Positions 35,961 through 49,290 of a stretch of 64,000 bases of DNA are shown here, one piece after another (positions within the stretch are counted from its first letter, which is position 1; each line of letters begins with the position of its first letter). Under the pieces are notes generated by a model that worked only from the letters and a program-made list of their open reading frames with translations, was not told the origin of the DNA and did no database searches. The position numbers were made by a program, and so were the translations under genes. This DNA is from Cyanophora paradoxa CCMP329 (Eukaryota; Plantae; Glaucophyta): contig QPMI01000219.1 in NCBI GenBank assembly GCA_004431415.1, positions 62,001-126,000 on the forward strand, given 5' to 3'.

Positions 35961-37460
35961 CTAGCTCCCTCGAGAACCCCCGACAGCATGCTCAGGCGTG
36001 TATGAGATGTGGGCCCTAGGTTTCAATATGGCTCGCAGTGAGCATCTGAGCACCCATGCATGCAATGTTCATGATGATTATGAGAATTGATCATGATGCC
36101 TGGAAAAGATCCCGACCTTTTAACTGACTGGCGAGGTGTACCTGGGCTATATCAAGGGCGCTGGATTTGATTTTGATAGTGGTTAGCGCTGAAAAGGTGC
36201 TCTTGCCCTGCCAAGCAATAGTGGGCCCCAATTGCCAACACTTCATTTGTGCCAACTTGCAGGGCCGCACAGACTCGCAACTGTCTTAAACCGACTTCAT
36301 AATCAAATCTAGCTCCCTCGAGAACCCCCGACAGCATGCTCAGGCGTGTATGAGATGTGGGCCCTAGGTTTCAATATGGCTCGCAGTCAGCATCTGAGCA
36401 CCCATGCATGCAGTGTTCATGATGATTATGAGAATTGATCATGATGCCTGGAAAAGATCCCGACCTTTTATAACTGACTGGCGAGGTGTACCTGGGCTAT
36501 ATCAAGGGCGCTGGATTTGATTTTGATAGTGGTTAGTGCTGAAAAGGTGCTCTTGCCCTGCCAAGCAATAGTGGGCCCCAATTGCCAACACTTCATGTGT
36601 GCCAATTCGCAGGGCAGCACAGACTCGCAACTGTCTTAAACCGACTTCGTAATCAAATCTAGCTCCCTCGAGAACCCCCGACAGCATGCTCAGGCGTGTA
36701 TGAGATGTGGGCCCTAGGTTTCAATATGGCTCGCAGCGAGCATCTGAGCACCCATGCATGCAGTGTTCATGATGGTCATGAGAATTGATCATGATGCCTG
36801 GAAAAGATCCCGACCTTTTAACTGACTGGCGAGGTGTACCTGGGCTATATCAAGGGCGCTGGATTTGATTTTGATAGTGGTTAGCGCTGAAAAGGTGCTC
36901 TTGCCCTGCCAAGCAATAGTGGGCCCCAATTGCCAACACTTCATTTGTGCCAATTTGCAGGGCCGCACAGACTCGCAACTGTCTTAAACCGACTTCATAA
37001 TCAAATCTAGCTCCCCCGAGAACCCCCGACAGCATGCTCAGGCGTGTATGAGATGTGGGCCCTAGGTTTCAATATGGCTCGCAGTCAGCATCTGAGCACC
37101 CATGCATGCAGTGTTCATGATGATTATGAGAATTGATCATGATGCCTGGAAAAGATCCCGACCTTTTAACTGACTGGCGAGGTGTACCTGGGCTATATCA
37201 AGGGTGCTGGATTTGTTTTTGATAGTGGTTAGCACTGAAAAGGTGCTCTTTACTTGCCAAGCAATAGTGGGCCCCAATTGCCAACACTTCATTTGTGCCA
37301 ACTTGCAGGGCCGCACAGACTCGCAACTGTCTTAAACCGACTTCATAATCAAATCTAGCTCCCTCGAGAACCCCCGACAGCATGCTCAGGCGTGTATGAG
37401 ATGTGGGCCCTAGGTTTCAATATGGCTCGCAGTGAGCATCTGAGCACCCATGCATGCAGT
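31968..37460 (+). repeat. Satellite III, 348-bp monomer (arrays 31968-33181, ~3.5 copies; 34749-37460, ~7.8 copies)
   Basis: Near-identical units starting acctgggctatatcaagggcgctggatttg; a 61-aa ORF recurs every 348 bp. Confidence 0.96.
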
Positions 37461-37704
37461 TTTCCAAAAAATCCCAAAATTCAGGCGACTCACCCCACAA
37501 AATAATGGGCCACGGGCTACAAGCTAGAGCCAGGCCCGGGGCAACGTCAAATCGAATCCAGCACCCTCGAAAACCCCCGGGGGGCGTTCTGGACCCAGAT
37601 GTAACTTGTCAGATAAGATGCTTTCCTTGGTGGCATTAATTTGCTTACTGGGCTCTTTGCTTAATTTGCCCCACCCCCAAACGTCCCCTCTTCCCCCCGC
37701 CCCT

Positions 37705-40700
37705 CCCTTCCCCCCCCCCCCCCCCACACACACTCGAAGTTTAATTAATTTTAAATTATTTCTTAAAAATATTTTTATTTATTATTTATTTTTATTATTA
37801 TCCGGTATCCGGGATCCGGGATCCGGGATCCGGGATCCGGGATCCGGGATCCGGGATCCGGGATCCGGGATCCGGGATCCGGGATCCGGATGCAGCAGCT
37901 GCATGCATCCACATCTGCATGCAGCAGCTGCATGCGTTTGCTTCCGCACGCACCAGCTGCATGCGTTTGCTTCCGCGTGCAGCAGCTGCATGCGTTTGCT
38001 TCTGCGTGCAGCAGCTGCGCGCGTTTGCTTTCGCATGCAAAAGCAGGCATGCAGATGCACGTCCATGCAGAAACTGCATGCAACGTGCAGAAACTGCACG
38101 CTCCGTGCAGAAAGAAGGTTTCTGCGCGGACACTTCTGCACCGGAGCGTTGCCGCGCAGAAAGTGCTCATTTCCGCGCGGGAGACAGTTGCTGCCCGATA
38201 CCCCTGGCCTCCGCCCCGTACAGCGAGCCGCACCGGCGCCCCCTGTGCCGGCGCCCGGCCGGCACCCCGGCCCGGCCAAGCCACGCAGCTCCGCCCCGCC
38301 CCGCCCGGGTGCGGGACTCCTTTCGCGGCGGGTGTCGGCGGCGGGCGGCGGGGCGGCTCGCTGGGACGGCGGCGCAGCGGGCAGCGACGCGGCTTGCCTG
38401 CCGCCGCCCCGTTCCGCGAGCCGCCCCGCTGCCCGCTGCGCCACCGCTCCGTCCCGCAAGCCGCGCCGCCGCCCGCCGCGCCGCCGCCCCGTCCCGCGAG
38501 CCGTGCCGCCGCCGTCCGCTGCTGCCCCGTACGGCGAGCCGCGCCGCCGAAGGCCGCGCCGGGTTACGTCCTGCGCATCGTCAGCTATGCATTTGCGCGC
38601 CGCTGGCCCCAAGCTATGCTTGGGAGGCGCACCCGAGACGACCGCCAATCGGGAGTTCGGCGTCGTTCCGCGCGCACGCAGCGCCCGGCGAGTCCAGACC
38701 CACATGCAATGCGGGCCGGGCCCATCTTAGAGGAACGCTTCGCACACAGAAGCGTGCGAGAGCTCGAAGTCAGCGGCGGCCAGCGTGCCGCCCAACCGTC
38801 GACGCGTTGAACGCTCCTAACAGGCCGCGGGTCAGAGACGGCGATCTGCGGGCGTGAGTGAGACGTACGGCGAGTAACCGGACAGGTAGGCGAGGAACTT
38901 GGCGAGCACGGCGAGTACGGGCGGTTGGGAACAAGCAAGTCAGCGCGCGGGGCGCGCGGATGCAGTCAAGGCGGAGGCTAGTCCTGCGGCAACACCCTCT
39001 GGCTGGCAAAATAGCCGCGCGCTGCGTGCCACGAGCGGCCGCCAAGTCTGCGAGGTGCGACGCGCATCTGGCCCGAGCACGAAGGGAGCTGGAGTTGGAA
39101 GCTGAGGAGCTGCAGACTCTGCACTGCAGCCAGCCGAGCGAACTTGAGGCCAAGGGCGCAAGCGCAGCAGCTGCAGCTGGCACCGCTGGGTATCGTCCGT
39201 AAAAAAAGGGGGGGGGGAAGGAATGACGGCCATTATCGTCGAGTTTCCTTGAAAAATGCATTTCGGGCTGCTACATGTGCGAACAGTGAAGCGAATGCTT
39301 CGTTTGGTTGTATTTAGGCACATAGTAATTGTTTCAGCACTAAGCTGTGACTCTTGACCCTCTGAACGTACTCTCTTGTGGCTGAAATCAAGGGGGGGCA
39401 AAAAAGTGAAAATGACCAAATTAGTCTCTGCAGAAGCGCATCCATATGATCTCAATCACTCCTGAAGTAAGGTATTGATTATATGAGTGATTTAAAGCAG
39501 CTTTCGGAAGGCCCAATACGAGTTTTCGCTGAGATCATGCAGGGGCCATGGTTGAAACATGCAATGCTCTCACGGGTTGCCAGCATCGACTCAAGACACG
39601 CTAAATACATCTTTAGAAAGCCCTTAACTTCCAGATTACAGGAATATATTTTTTGTCCGGTCTGCCGATTCCCGGAACGTCGGTGCACCTTCATGTGTCT
39701 CATTGAGCACATCATGAGCACAGTCTGGTGACTTGATGAACAGCTCATCTTCTCTTCAGTACTGAAAGAAGTCATTCCTGGAATTGCTGATTACCGTCAA
39801 AATGAAGTCGTCAAAGCTTTCGAGGGTCCTCTCTCTGATTTTGAAACAATCCGAGTTTAGATCTAAAGCCATTAGGCGCTAGCACCTTTTTTCGCCAAGG
39901 GGGGGGCCTGTGACTCATTAAGCTGCACGAGCACCAGCAATGCGTGCCACGTCATGAACTGCTCCTTATTGAGAGGGTTTGATGCATTGGAAGGCGGATC
40001 GAAGCGAGGAACGCACATGACCAGACCTAGGCCTAGGCCTAGGCCGGTCTCCAAGGGAATTCGTTGTCGTACCCCGGGTCCCAACTTGCCGACCAGCAAC
40101 CGGCCGCGGTGACTGCGTCGGCTGGCCCTCGTGGCGGCAGACGGCCTTGCCAGATAGTTGCAACTCCTGGCAGCACGGCGGCTCGGTGCGTCGGTTCTGG
40201 GCTTCGCCGCGCAGCCGGACTCCCTGACTCTGTGAACAGGCCGAGCAGCGGTGCTGTTGCCGCAGCGAACGCGGCCACTTTGAGAGAGAACGATGCACCT
40301 CTTGCGCCTTGAGGCTCTCGCCCGGCTCGTGCTGGGTGTGATTTCAAACGCAGACTGTCGCTGCCCCTGCTGCTGGGTTCGGCCGCGGCCGCAAACGCTC
40401 TCGAACGCGTCGTTTTCGACCTCCTTCCGCCCTTAATCTCTACTCGTTGCCCGGCCGCCGCCGGTCAGGTAATGTTGCTTTGACAGGCCCGCGCAGAAAG
40501 GCGAGGCCCCTGCCGATGCGAAGCAAGGTGTTTCTGGTTTCCGTCTGTTTCCTTCGATCGCTCATCCTGCTTGCATGTCAGGGAACACGCACGACCGAGC
40601 CCCGCGAGCACGGCCAAGTGGCGGCCGCGACTTGCTCGCTGGCACTCTTGGCGGCCGGGCGGGAAGCGGTCCCGCTGGTCAAGAAACCTCGCGGACGATG

Positions 40701-41475
40701 CTAACGCACGAGCCTCGCTAACACGGCGCGCTTCGCCCGGTTCCGGGTCCTGTCTCTTCCAACACTCGCAGCTCGCCTGGCTCCTTCTCCCGCAGGCTAG
40801 GTGCTCGTTCTTGTTTCCGCTACTCTCGCCTTGATCTTGTTCTGACACCGGTGACGCGCGCAGCGCAGCGGGTGCCGTTCACGCGCGGCCAGCATCTCGC
40901 ACTTCTTGCTGCGGGAGCTCGGACGGGTGCGGTCTTTTCGCAGGCGCGCGTTCTTCTCCTCTTTTGCTTGACGCTCCGAGCGCAGCGAGCGCCTCGTCCT
41001 CGCCCTCGGCTACGGGCGGGGATGGTGCCGCTGTCACTCCGGATCCGTTCTTCTGCCACTTCTCTTTGCCGAGGTGCACAGCCGCGCGCGCGCATGCCAA
41101 CCTTGTCTCTTTCTGTTCGAGCGTTCGCTGACCGCGACGCTCACAGCGCAATGAGCGCCGCGAGGTGCTGCATGACCTTGTGCGGGTTGCATCACTTCAC
41201 GTCTGAGCCGGTCTGCTAGCGCTGCTCCCTTCACTTGCCGAGGCGCACAGCTCGTTTTTGACACTCCTGTGCTCGCAGCTATCGTGCTGCTAGCCGGGCG
41301 GCGGGTCAGGAGCTCGCTGTTTTGGGGAGTATGGCTCAGAGGTAGGGGGCAGCAGCTGCAACTCGTTTTCTCGGTGCTAGCTATTGACAGGGCTGCCTTG
41401 CCTTTGCGCACATGCATTTTTTGCTGGCAATGCGTTTCTTTAATTTCTGCTTTCTGTATATAGTGGTGAGAGCTA
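37705..41475 (-). repeat. Right arm of the large inverted repeat
   Basis: Reverse complement of 26964-31283 without the 630-bp fold-back element. Scattered SNPs and indels; more diverged at both ends. Confidence 0.93.
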
Positions 41476-42003
41476 CTTAGAAGTTACTTAGCTTTCTGCT
41501 TTCTGCTTTCTGCTCGGCACTTAGAAGCCGTCGCCGCAGGCCCTGCGCCGCGGCGCTCACTAGAGCTAGGCCGCATCCTAACGATAGCTATAGCTATAGC
41601 TTTCTTGCTGGGGCCTCTCCCGTTCGTAGGATTGGTATATATATTGGTGTATTTAGCTGCAGCCGGCCTTCTATGGTGCTTGGCGGCCGGCCTTTTCCGG
41701 TGCTAGATGTGTGATTGGCAGGAAGAAAAGTCTATGGGAGAGCGTTTTCACTTTTTCAGAAAGGAGAGATATCGATCGAACAGACCTGCCACAATTTGTT
41801 AGCAAGCAGCCCGAGGCTCAGTGGAGATCAGCTGTAGGTTTTGCTACTATATATACGCATACATGCGCACTGCAAAGGATGGGCGCTAGCGTATAGCGCT
41901 CGAGCTCGTGCCCGGCCCGGAGGCGCGCCGGCGCCCACCGCGCAAATTAAAATTATAATTATGTAGATTTATTATAATAAAATCTTCAATTAATAAATTA
42001 TAC

Positions 42004-42235
42004 TCCTGTGTTTACCCGTGCAATCGCTGTTTACCCATGTTCACCCATGTTTACCCATGTTCCCTGTGCCTACCCATGTCAGCCTGTGCCCACCCATGCC
42101 GACCTGTGCCTTCTTGTGCTTTTCTGTGCAACCTGTGCTTTCCTGTGTTCTTCCGTGCTTTTCTGTGTTATGCCATGCTTTCCCGTGCTATGCTGTGCTT
42201 TTCTGTGCGATTCTGTGTCAATTTTTTTTTTTTTT
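42004..42235 (+). repeat. Degenerate 10-bp-period repeat ending in a T14 run
   Basis: Decamers of the ccatgtttac / ctgtgctttt type for ~215 bp, then caa+T14. Confidence 0.8.
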
Positions 42236-42244
42236 ACACAGGAG

Positions 42245-44005
42245 AAGGTTTCTGCAAGATAGTGGTGGCTGCGGGCGCTGGCCGCCTTCTCGATGAGGCG
42301 CTCGGCGGTTGCGACATCGAAGCCCCGCAGCGTCAGACCCAGCTGCGTCAGCACGGGCTGCGGTGGCCGGCGCGCCCGTCAGAGAGCCAGCGCGGCAGGG
42401 GCGGGGGCGCGCCGAGGCGTGCGGTGGACCTGGCCGTTCGATGGCGACATGTGGAGGAGGTGCGGTACCTGCGGGTCCTCCAGCGTGAGGAGGTCGACGC
42501 TGTAGTGGTCGCCGGAGTAGACACCGGGAACGCCGGTGTGGGCGGTGAGGCTCCCATCCAGGTCGGGGTCCTCGAAGAGGCGCAGGCTGAAGCGGCGGAT
42601 GGTCGCTCAGAAGTTGGCCAGCGCCCACGTGGCCAAGAGGCCGACGAGCTCCTGCCGGTGCGCGGGATCGGACTCCAGCGGATGGAAGCGGTCCCAGTTG
42701 TCGAAGTCGAACTCGTCGCTGCCGCCTTTGCTGTGCGGGCCGATTATGAAGCTGATGGTGACGACGGCGGAGTTGGCTGCGGCTCCGGGCGGCCGCCCCC
42801 AGCGCTGACTGTCGAAGGGCGCGTGGGAGCGGACGGCGTGCGCACTGGTGAGGATGATCACATGCCTGGCGTTTGCGTGCTCGCCCCCCTCCTCCTCGAG
42901 CTTGGAGATCACCTGCGTGTGCGCGCGTTGGAGGGAGTCTAGGTCCGGACGACAGGCGCCACGCGCACCTCGTCGAAGCCTGAGACGGTCGTGACGTCAC
43001 AGGCCTGCGCCTTGAGCTTCATGGCGTCCCAGGTGGCGAGGGCACGATCCTTGCGCTTTGGCCTCCGAGTCTTCGAGATGGGCGCCCGCTGATCCTTCAA
43101 GGTCGCCATGAAGGCGCGGGGGACGCCCTTCCGTGCCATGACGCGGAACACCGAGGGTGGGCGCGGCGGCGGCGGAGGCTGCGGGGCGACGTCAGGCCCC
43201 GGCCGGGGGGGGGGGGGGGAAAGCGCACTGCGGGGGGCGCAGAGTGTATGCGGGCGGACGGTAGAAGGGGGAGCCGGGGCGCCCGGGCGCCGGAGGAGGA
43301 GGCCGCCGCCGGGGCTGCAGCGGAGCCGCCTCCGCTCGCCGCGCTGGAGGAGGCCGGGGCTGCCGCCGCCGGTGCAGCGTTCGCCGCGCCGGAGGTGCGC
43401 CTTACGATCGGCGTCGGCGCGAGGCGCCTTGGCGGGGGGGGGGGCTACGGCGGCGGTGCCCGCGGGCTGCGGCGCGCGCGGCGGCGGGCCGCGCGGCGGC
43501 GGGCCGCGAGGGCCCTCGTCCTCGGAGGAAGAGCTGGAGTCGCCCACGAGATCGATCACTTCGGGGGGCAAGCGCTGCGGCGGGTCAGGCAGAGAGCGGG
43601 AGGCGGCGCGTGGCATGCGCCGCACCGGCGCCGGCGGGGGCGGGGGCGGTGGCAACGACTCCTGAAGCACCGCCGGAGGCGCCATGGCCGGCGGCGCCCG
43701 CAATCTCTCGCCGTAGATCTCCTCGTGCATCGAGATGAGCCGGACGCCTGGCGAGGGAGGCGACGGGGGCCGCGGCGGCGGCGGAGATGGCGGCGGAGGC
43801 GGAGGAGGCGGTGGAGGCGGCGGCGTGGAGGCATGGAACACGTGCCGAGGCTGCTGCTGCTGCTGCTGCTGCTCGGCCCCCTCCTCGGCGTCGTCGTCAT
43901 CGTCGTCGTCCTGTCCGCGGCACAGAGCCCGCGCGCGCTGCGGCTGGCACTCTAGTTTGCGCACGGCGATGAAGGGCCCGGGGCGCTTGTTGTTGTCATT
44001 GACAT
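42245..44005 (-). pseudogene. GC-rich spliced gene of unknown function, proline-rich N-terminal part, truncated
   Basis: Short introns (gacgag|gtgcgc...acacgcag|gtgatc near 42968-42913; ccgcag|gtaccg...ctgac...ccgcag near 42465-42360) join ...VSGFDE|VISKLEE...LEDPQ|PVLTQLGLTLRG. In-frame TGA at 42609-42607. The start is not determined. Confidence 0.55.
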
Positions 44006-44590
44006 CGTGACCGGACCTGCGACCGAGCGGATGGAATGGGCGCGCGGCGGCGTGTTCTGCGCGCGTGAAACGCACATGGTGCCTCAGTACTGCCTGGTGA
44101 ATGCTCCCGTGCTGCACGCAAACGTGCACGTCAGGCAAGCCACGCGACGCGCGCGATTCGGGCGAGGGGGCGGCCAATGTACATCTTCGGTTGTTGTATT
44201 GTTGCTGGGAGACACCCGCTGCGAGCTCTCTCTGGTCTGGGGGAGGCCTGCCGCACACGGGAGGTCCTGTCAGATGGTTCCGCGCACGGGCCGCCCGGCG
44301 CGCCCATCTAGCGGCCTGGAATCAAACCTGCTGGATGGGCTGCGTGCCTGCTACAAAGCCGGACCTGCTATCCGGAAGCCGGACCGGCTGGAAAGATACG
44401 TGCACGTACCCCTGCGCACACGCGTACCCCCCCCCCGTCACATCTCGCCTACAGTCCGGATTCGGATGCCGGCATCGAAGCGCCCGGTGTCGCCGGCAGA
44501 GGCTGTGAAAGCCTCGTCCAAGCGCGCGACTGCAACAGCAGCGTCGTGGGTGCTGCCCGAGGACAGCCAGTCGGACTGTTTGCTCTTGAC

Positions 44591-47500
44591 GGTCCGCCGG
44601 CTGTCGAATGAAGCCTGCTAGTACAGCGCCCTGAGCCCTGCTTCCTATGGATCGGTTCCGGCTCATCGCGGCCTCCGGCGGGCTGTCCGGGCTGGCCAGC
44701 CTGGCCGCGACGTGCCAGAAGTTCATGCAAATGGTACGCAGCCAGTCGCGATCACCGGCTGGGCTCACCTGCTAGGTCGGCGGCAGGCCTGCACGGGCGA
44801 GCTCGGGCCCGCTGAGACCGCGACCGTCACTGTCGGCAACAGTCTGCTGGCACCACAGCCGGGGATGTCGCGCCTTGTGTGGCCGCCCGAGGAGGCCGCC
44901 GACACCATTGCGTGCATAGAGGCGGCCAAGCGGGGCGCCGACACCTACGCCCCCAACTGCGACGACGTTCGTTCGGGCGCGGGCGTGTCCAGCCCTCCCC
45001 GCCGACGCGCGCGCAGTTGTACGCCCTCCTGCGGCAGAACCGCTACTTCGCCGGTGTGAAGAAGCTGCGGCTCGTCTTGGGTTGCAATGTGATCGGCCCG
45101 TAGATGTACCGCCTCCTCAAGGGCGGCGCCGGCCCCAGCCTCGTCTCCGTTGAGTTCTGTCTCGTCCCCAGCTGCTGGGTCAAGGGGGGGCACTTCATGA
45201 TCAGGCACTCCAGCCCCCGCTCCACCTACCTTGCCTGCAAGATCGCCTGCACCGGCCTGCTCAGCGTCCCCAATCAGCTTCAGCGCTTCATCATCACCGA
45301 TGCCGCCGCCGCCTCTGCCGCCAGCAGCTTGCAGCTCCCCGTCTGCGGGGACACCTTCCGTGGCTGCCGCCAGCGACTCGCCGGTGCCGGTGCCGGTGCT
45401 GGCGTCAAGTTCCTGGTACTAGATATATACATCCCTGCCCGCCCCGCCGCCGCCGCCCGACCTGTCGACAGGTGGACGACATCTTGGAGCCCTGCGCCAA
45501 GCTGGAGGACAAGATGGTGTCCATTCTGAGGACGTATCCCGTGACCGACACGGGTGCCCGTCCCACCGATCAGGCACACACCCCCCTCCTAGCGCGGCGC
45601 ACGATCGACGAGGTCCGCCGGCTGTCGAATGAAGCCTGCTAGTACAGCGCCCTGAGCCCTGCACGCGGCAGATGCTTCCTATGGATCTGTTCCGGCTCAT
45701 CGCGGCCTCCGGCGGGCCGTCCGGGCTGGCCAGCCTGGCCGCCACGTGCCAGAAGTTCATGCAAATGGTACGCAGCCAGTCGCGATCACCGGCTGGGCTC
45801 ACCTGCTAGGTCGGCGGCAGGCCTGCGCGGGCGAGCTCGGGCCCGCTGAGACCGCGACCGTCACTGTCGGCAACAGTCTGCTGGCACCACAGCCGGGGAT
45901 GTCGCGCCTTGTGTGGCCGCCCGAGGAGGCCGCCGACACCATTGCGTGCATAGAGGCGGCCAAGCGGGGCGCCGACACCTACGCCCCCAACTGCGACGAC
46001 GTTCGTTCGGGCGCGGGCGTGTCCAGCCCTCCCCGCCGACGCGCGCGCAGTTGTACGCCCTCCTGCGGCAGAACCGCTACTTCGCCGGTGTGAAGAAGCT
46101 GCGGCTCGTCTTGGGTTGCAATGTGATCGGCCCGTAGATGTACCGCCTCCTCAAGGGCGGCGCCGGCCCAGCCTCGTCTCCGTTGAGTTCTGTCTCGTCC
46201 CCAGCTGCTGGGTCAAGGGGGGCACTTCATGATCAGGCACTCCAGCCCCGCTCCACCTACCTTGCCTGCAAGATCGCCTGCACCGGCCTGCTCAGCGTCC
46301 CCAATCAGCTTCAGCGCTTCATCATCACCGATGCCGCCGCCGCCTCTGCCGCCAGCAGCTTGCAGCTCCCCGTCTGCGGGGACACCTTCCGTGGCTGCCG
46401 CCAGCGACTCGCCGGTGCCGGTGCCGGTGCTGGCGTCAAGTTCCTGGTACTAGATATATACATCCCTGCCCGCCCCGCCGCCGCCGCCCGACCTGTCGAC
46501 AGGTGGACGACATCTTGGAGCCCTGCGCCAAGCTGGAGGACAAGATGGTGTCCATTCTGAGGACGTATCCCGTGACCGACACGGGCGCCCGTCCCACCGA
46601 TCAGGCACACCCCCCCCTCCTGGCGCGGCGCACGATCGACGAGGTCCGCCGGCTGTCGAATGAAGCCTGCTAGTACAGCGCCCTGAGCCCTGCGCGCGGC
46701 AGATGCTTCCTTTGGATCTGTTCCGGCTCATCGCGGCCTCCGGCGGGCCGTCCGGGCTGGCCAGCCTGGCCGCCACGTGCCAGAAGTTCATGCAAATGGT
46801 ACGCAGCCAGTCGCGATCACCGGCTGGGCTCACCTGCTAGGTCGGCGGCAGGCCTGCGCGGGCGAGCTCGGGCCCGCTGAGACCGCGACCGTCACTGTCG
46901 GCAACAGTCTGCTGGCACCACAGCCAGGGATGTCGCGCCTTGTGTGGCCGCCCGAGGAGGCCGCCGACACCATTGCGTGCATAGAGGCGGCCAAGCGGGG
47001 CGCCGATGCCTACACCCCCGACTACGACGACGTTCGTTCGCGAGCGGGCGTGTCCAGCCCTCCCCGCGGATGCGCGCGCAGTTGTACGCCCTCCTGCGGC
47101 AGAACCGCTACTTCGCCGGTGTGAAGAAGCTGCGGCTCGTCTTGGGTTGCAATGTGATCGGCCCGTAGATGTACCGCCTCCTCAAGGGCGGCGCCGGCCC
47201 CAGCCTCGTCTCCTTTGAGTTCTGTCTCGTCCCCAGCTGCTGGGTCAAGGGGGGGCACTTCATGATCAGGCACTCCAGCCCCCGCTCCACCTACCTTGCC
47301 TGCAAGATCGCCTGCACCGGCCTGCTCAGCGTCCCCAATCAGCTTCAGCGCTTCATCATCACCGATGCCGCCGCCGCCTCTGCCGCCAGCAGCTTGCAGC
47401 TCCCCGTCTGCGGGGACACCTTCCGTGGCTGCCGCCAGCGACTCGCCGGTGCCGGTGCCGGTGCTGGCGTCAAGTTCCTGGTACTAGATATATACATCCC

Positions 47501-48713
47501 TGCCCGCCCCGCCGCCGCCGCCCGACCTGTCGACAGGTGGACGACATCTTGGAGCCCTGCGCCGAGCTGGAGGACAAGATGGTGTCCATTCTGAGGACGT
47601 ATCCCGTGACCGAAACGGGCGCCCGTCCCACCGATCAGGCACACACCCCCCTCCTAGCGCGGCGCACGATCGACGAGGTCCGCCGGCTGTCGAATGAAGC
47701 CTGCTAGTACAGCGCCCTGAGCCCTGCGCGCGGCAGATGCTTCCTTTGGATCTGTTCCGGCTCATCGCGGCCTCCGGCGGGCCGTCCGGGCTGGCCAGCC
47801 TGGCCGCCACGTGCCAGAAGTTCATGCAAATGGTACGCAGCCAGTCGCGATCACCGGCTGGGCTCACCTGCTAGGTCGGCGGCAGGCCTGCGCGGGCGAG
47901 CTCGGGCCCGCTGAGACCGCGACCGTCACTGTCGGCAACAGTCTGCTGGCACCACAGCCGGGGATGTCGCGCCTTGTGTGGCCGCCCGAGGAGGCCGCCG
48001 ACACCATTGCGTGCATAGAGGCGGCCAAGCGGGGCGCCGATGCCTACACCCCCGACTACGACGACGTTCGTTCGCGAGCGGGCGTGTCCAGCCCTCCCCG
48101 CGGATGCGCGCGCAGTTGTACGCCCTCCTGCGGCAGAACCGCTACTTCGCCGGTGTGAAGAAGCTGCGGCTCGTCTTGGGTTGCAATGTGATCGGCCCGT
48201 AGATGTACCGCCTCCTCAAGGGCGGCGCCGGCCCCAGCCTCGTCTCCTTTGAGTTCTGTCTCGTCCCCAGCTGCTGGGTCAAGGGGGGGCACTTCATGAT
48301 CAGGCACTCCAGCCCCCGCTCCACCTACCTTGCCTGCAAGATCGCCTGCACCGGCCTGCTCAGCGTCCCAATCAGCTTCAGCGCTTCATCATCACCGATG
48401 CCGCCGCCGCCTCTGCCGCCAGCAGCTTGCAGCTCCCCGTCTGCGGGGACACCTTCCGTGGCTGCCGCCAGCGACTCGCCGGTGCCGGTGCCGGTGCTGG
48501 CGTCAAGTTCCTGGTACTAGATATATACATCCCTGCCCGCCCCGCCGCCGCCGCCCGACCTGTCGACAGGTGGACGACATCTTGGAGCCCTGCGCCGAGC
48601 TGGAGGACAAGATGGTGTCCATTCTGAGGACGTATCCCGTGACCGAAACGGGCGCCCGTCCCACCGATCAGGCACACCCCCCCCTCCTGGTGCGGCGCAC
48701 GATCGACGAGGTC
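44591..48713 (+). repeat. Four tandem copies of a ~1034-bp intragenic segment
   Basis: Units start with ggtccgccggctgtcg at 44591, 45612, 46643 and 47677; the junction microhomology is GGTC. Confidence 0.95.
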
Positions 48714-49290
48714 ATCGTCCGCGCGTACAGGCTCCACCCCTCCCTGAGGGCCAGTCGCCCATGTATACAGGCCAGGTGCATGGCGCCGCCGTCCTCCTCT
48801 AGTCCGGGGGTCGCGCGGGCCCTGGGCCTCGTCTTCTTCCTCGACCTCTTCTCCGCTTGGGTGCGTGCCGCAGTCGCCGCCGTCTCACGCGACCCAACCT
48901 GGCCCTGCGCAGGAGTCCTCGAACGACGAGCTGGACCCTCGCAGGGTGGCCACGGCAGTCCTGGATCGCATGCTGGTGACCTCAGGCGCCCAGCTGCGGA
49001 TCGTCGCCACGGGCCTGAACCACGACCGCCTCAGCGCCGACGTTGTCTTCTGCATCGCCACGGGGATCATGCGGGGCTACAGCAACCCCTCGACACTCAC
49101 CGTCGTCTTCGAATGGTGCACGCTTGCGCCCCCCCTCTCCCTCCCCTTTCTGACGCGTGGCCACCCCCCCCCCCCACCAGGTTTGGGGCGGAGTTTGAGG
49201 AGATCTCCTGCCTCTTCCTGGGGCCGGTGGGCCTGCTTGCGGCCCTGCGAGAGCCCCCCCCCCGGCTGTGGCCTCTTCCTCGTCGACTAC

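Noticed and set aside
26964-41475. Palindromic rDNA or a complete Polinton/Maverick with long TIRs
   Set aside because: No rRNA-conserved sequence and no pPolB, integrase, ATPase or capsid genes between the arms.
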